64,000 bases of DNA from positions 32,149 to 96,148 of the forward strand of contig JAHFNS010000002.1 in NCBI GenBank assembly GCA_023267215.1, read 5' to 3'. The notes below the pieces were generated by a model. The model had not been told where the DNA came from, ran no database searches, and saw only the letters and a program-made list of their open reading frames with translations. Shown in pieces: positions 63,154 through 64,000 of the stretch. Every line of letters begins with the position of its first letter. Position 1 is the stretch's first letter. The DNA is from Candidatus Nomurabacteria bacterium (GTDB lineage: Bacteria > Patescibacteriota > Minisyncoccia > Phycocordibacterales > UBA9973). Both the position numbers and the translations under genes were made by a program.

Positions 63154-63690
63154 TTAATTTATTTTTCCTATCGTAACTTCTGACTTCGGGTCGAAAGCAT
63201 CAGGGTCAAGTTTTAAATGTGAAATATATTTTCTCTGTACTACGAAACCCCCTAAGAATTTCAAAAAATCTTCTGTTTTATCTTGCTCCCCTTTTTCTTC
63301 CATATGTTCGAGTGGGTGTGCTTCGGGAGTATATTCAAAATGCCCACAAATTTCTCCGTCTTTATAAACTCGCAAATGATATTGGTCTTCAAAATCTGTC
63401 AGTTTTCTCCAACTCAAAACCTGATCTTCATCTATCCAAGCAATGAAATGATTACCAAAGCCCCATTTTTCAAAAAGATGTTTCTTTAATCCTTCTAGGG
63501 TCTTATGAGGTGCGAGCCAGCCGATGTGATATTTTTGCCTACCCTTTTTATGCCAAATAACACCTATTTTCAATAGAAATTTACGAACTGGTAAAAAGAA
63601 AGAGTATATAAAACCCCACGTTTTTTGTTTAATTTCATCCATTATTGTCATATGAGATATGATAGCATAATTTTCAAATTGACAGAACAT
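63154..63690 (-). CDS. hypothetical protein
   Basis: 178 aa, His/aromatic-rich; no confident family assignment. Confidence 0.3.
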   Translation of the reverse strand: MFCQFENYAIISHMTIMDEIKQKTWGFIYSFFLPVRKFLLKIGVIWHKKGRQKYHIGWLAPHKTLEGLKKHLFEKWGFGNHFIAWIDEDQVLSWRKLTDFEDQYHLRVYKDGEICGHFEYTPEAHPLEHMEEKGEQDKTEDFLKFLGGFVVQRKYISHLKLDPDAFDPKSEVTIGKIN

Positions 63691-63771
63691 GTTAACAATC
63701 TATGTTTTTGCTAAAAATTTCACTACAGAGTATACTTAAAAGATTATAAATACGTAAAAAACTATAAAAAT

Positions 63772-64000
63772 ATGGAAATAGATGTAAACACAAAACAAAA
63801 TAAATTATCAATGCCTATGGCTATAATCATCGCTGGAGTATTGATAGCTGGAGCAATATATTTTTCTTCAATCAAAAAAAATGAAACAAATCCAATAAAT
63901 GGTAACGGAGAAAAAATAACAAACATAGCTCCAATCGGAGCCATGGATAGAATTCTTGGTGATTCAAAAGCAAAAGTGGTGATTGTTATGTATGAAGATT
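63772..64000 (+). CDS. DsbA-like thioredoxin-fold protein, N-terminal fragment running off window
   Basis: signal anchor MPMAIIIAGVLIAGAIYF then ..ILGDSKAKVVIVMYED, the typical lead-in to the DsbA CxxC motif; not in ORF track because open at window end. Confidence 0.45.
   Translation, partial: MEIDVNTKQNKLSMPMAIIIAGVLIAGAIYFSSIKKNETNPINGNGEKITNIAPIGAMDRILGDSKAKVVIVMYED

Noticed and set aside
63762-63944. 60-aa minus-strand ORF at window edge
   Set aside because: The plus strand here encodes a convincing DsbA-like N-terminus (signal anchor + KAKVVIVMYED) that runs off the window; the minus ORF is its antisense shadow.

Overview
This is a low-GC, reduced-genome bacterial segment that I infer, without any database hit, to be CPR/Patescibacteria-like. 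The inference rests on Lys-rich protein extensions, a short SMC, the absence of Shine-Dalgarno-like sites, and a competence-type type IV pilus (T4P). Most of the window is conserved information-processing genes: rpoD-dnaG, rpoC-rpoB, trmD/KH/rpsP, rnr, smc-rnc-nusB, rpmF, thrS, gyrB, pheST, truB, ligA and proBCA. A complete T4P/competence cluster sits at about 40.5-54 kb, ordered pilMNO-pilB-[mazEF]-pilT-pilC-pilA-pilD plus four pseudopilins, next to a divergent comF. Three accessory signals stand out. (1) A complete diversity-generating retroelement (DGR) lies at 57.9-60.5 kb. It has a reverse transcriptase with the LGNLTSQ motif, a divergently oriented Avd-like four-helix-bundle gene, and a 118-bp TR/VR pair. 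All 15 TR/VR mismatches fall at TR adenines. The VR sits at the 3' end of a small target gene without a signal peptide, and a C9 homopolymer lies at the avd start. (2) Several families of GC-rich palindromes and hairpins are inserted in-frame in housekeeping genes: CCATGG-centred perfect palindromes in truB and comF and flanking a PaaX-like ORF, and five hairpins inside ligA. (3) Two 99%-identical 100-nt multi-stem structured direct repeats bracket a membrane-protein gene near the right end. I also see a probable Thr T-box leader upstream of thrS, a NusB-NUDIX fusion, and two MazF-like toxins, one inside the pilus operon and one coupled to trmD. No CRISPR arrays or rRNA genes are present, and there is one tRNA-Ser(GGA).
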